Positions 6,105-6,655 of a stretch of DNA of 6,655 bases are shown piece after piece. The position numbers and the translations under genes are program-made. Location of the stretch: the NCBI RefSeq assembly GCF_020969955.1, contig NZ_JAHDSX010000073.1, positions 1-6,655 of the forward strand, given 5' to 3'. How positions within the stretch are numbered: position 1 is the stretch's first letter; the number at the start of each line of letters is the position of its first letter. The DNA comes from Allobaculum fili (GTDB lineage: Bacteria; Bacillota_I; Bacilli_A; Erysipelotrichales; Erysipelotrichaceae). The notes under the pieces were generated by a model. That model saw nothing but the letters and a program-made list of their open reading frames with translations. It searched no databases and was not told where the DNA came from.

Positions 6105-6330
6105 ATTTTTCGCTAAACAAGAACGACCTTAGGTTATCTGGATTGAAGGACTAAATGTAACGAGAAGGGTTCAATGCCTGCATTTACTCTTTCAATTCAC
6201 CGCGAGAAAAAAAGTGGGGTCATCCACGCCTTATTGCTTGCGCAAGATCCATAGCTGCGGTATAAATAGAAGGCTGTTTTTCTTCTCCAGCAAAAAAACG
6301 CGAGAGAGAAAAACAGATCGTTCAGCTAAT

Positions 6331-6359
6331 GTGAAAATATTTTAAAAATTCACAAATAA
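6331..6359 (+). repeat. promoter-upstream module, copy 1 (GTGAAAATATTTTAAAAATTCACAAATAA)
   Basis: It is 25/29 identical to 6463-6491. Each copy ends 3-4 nt before a -35 hexamer. It is AT-rich and UP-element-like. Confidence 0.6.
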
Positions 6360-6362
6360 TGC

Positions 6363-6391
6363 TTGCATCGCTTCGATGCCCGTGTTATTAT
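6363..6391 (+). promoter_or_regulatory. sigma-A type promoter P1 (putative rrn P1)
   Basis: TTGCAT (6363-6368), a 17-bp spacer, TGt, then TATTAT (6386-6391). This is an extended -10 with an AT-rich upstream module. Confidence 0.6.
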
Positions 6392-6462
6392 AGTTGAGCG
6401 CTGAGGGGAATTGCTTCTCTCAGTCGTCAAATCACCTTTAGATATCGAAGAAAACAGCTTAA

Positions 6463-6491
6463 GTGAAATTATTAAAGAAATTCACAAATAA
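6463..6491 (+). repeat. promoter-upstream module, copy 2 (GTGAAATTATTAAAGAAATTCACAAATAA)
   Basis: It is 25/29 identical to 6331-6359 and lies 132 bp downstream of copy 1, immediately upstream of the TTGACA -35. Confidence 0.6.
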
Positions 6492-6495
6492 GTTG

Positions 6496-6524
6496 TTGAC
6501 AGAGATTTCTGCAGATGATATGAT
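6496..6524 (+). promoter_or_regulatory. sigma-A type promoter P2 (putative rrn P2)
   Basis: A perfect TTGACA (6496-6501), a 17-bp spacer, TGa, then TATGAT (6519-6524), with a duplicated AT-rich upstream module. Confidence 0.65.
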
Positions 6525-6565
6525 AAGTAAGCCTTGTGAGAGACATTGAGTTTCTCACAAACAGA

Positions 6566-6581
6566 TGGCTCTTTGAAAACT
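6566..6581 (+). promoter_or_regulatory. boxA-like antitermination element of an rRNA operon leader
   Basis: TGGCTCTTTGAAAACT resembles the boxA consensus as I recall it (E. coli TGCTCTTTAACAA; Bacillus-type TGTTCTTTGAAAACT). It sits just after a boxB-like hairpin, GUGAGAGA-CAUUGAG-UUUCUCAC (6536-6558). Confidence 0.55.
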
Positions 6582-6655
6582 TTACAGACAGATCAAGAAA
6601 TTCGAAATACACAACGTCGATTCTTAAAATCACAATAAGTACTCGAACAATCATT

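Larger units (their letters stand above)
6392..6655 (+). other. putative rRNA operon 5' leader (external transcribed spacer); 16S expected beyond the window end
   Basis: The region shows tandem strong promoters and no ORF. A hairpin follows each promoter (6401-6423, 9 bp; 6536-6558, 8 bp), and a boxA is present. No 16S 5' sequence (AGAGTTTGATC) occurs in the window, so the assignment rests on leader architecture only. Confidence 0.5.

Noticed and set aside
1-6655. Search for CRISPR repeats, tRNA cloverleaf signatures (GGTTCGAATCC-type T-arms), tmRNA or RNase P cores, and defence or toxin-antitoxin gene pairs.
   Set aside because: None was found by eye. The only repeats are the IS inverted repeats, the duplicated promoter modules and short local repeats.

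Overview
The window looks like a Bacillota-type chromosomal segment, judging by AGGAG Shine-Dalgarno sites, extended -10 promoters, a Firmicute-style boxA and an ISL3 element. From left to right it contains seven parts. (1) The last few codons of a plus-strand gene, followed by a hairpin. (2) About 560 bp with no convincing ORF. This stretch carries two minus-strand intrinsic terminators and many small hairpins and repeats. (3) Two tandem minus-strand amidophosphoribosyltransferase genes. The downstream copy is a canonical purF. The upstream copy is a divergent PurF paralogue that keeps the N-terminal Cys and the four Fe-S cysteines but has lost several catalytic-motif residues. (4) A 279-bp leader upstream of the paralogue pair, with a strong intrinsic terminator only about 40 nt before the start codon. 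This is attenuator or riboswitch-like architecture, and I could not match it to a known class. (5) A frameshifted SIS-domain (UPF0309-like) gene. (6) A decayed ISL3-family insertion sequence of about 1.55 kb, more AT-rich than its flanks. It has 19/27 imperfect terminal inverted repeats, an in-frame TAG in the transposase, and no recognisable target duplication. (7) On the plus strand at the right edge, two tandem duplicated strong promoters followed by hairpin and boxA elements typical of an rRNA operon leader. The 16S gene itself would lie beyond the window. I saw no CRISPR array, no tRNA or rRNA gene body, and no recognisable defence system. The most interesting items are the PurF/pseudo-PurF pair, its unclassified terminator-containing leader, and the ORF-free 5' region. 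All of them need database and covariation checks that I cannot run here.
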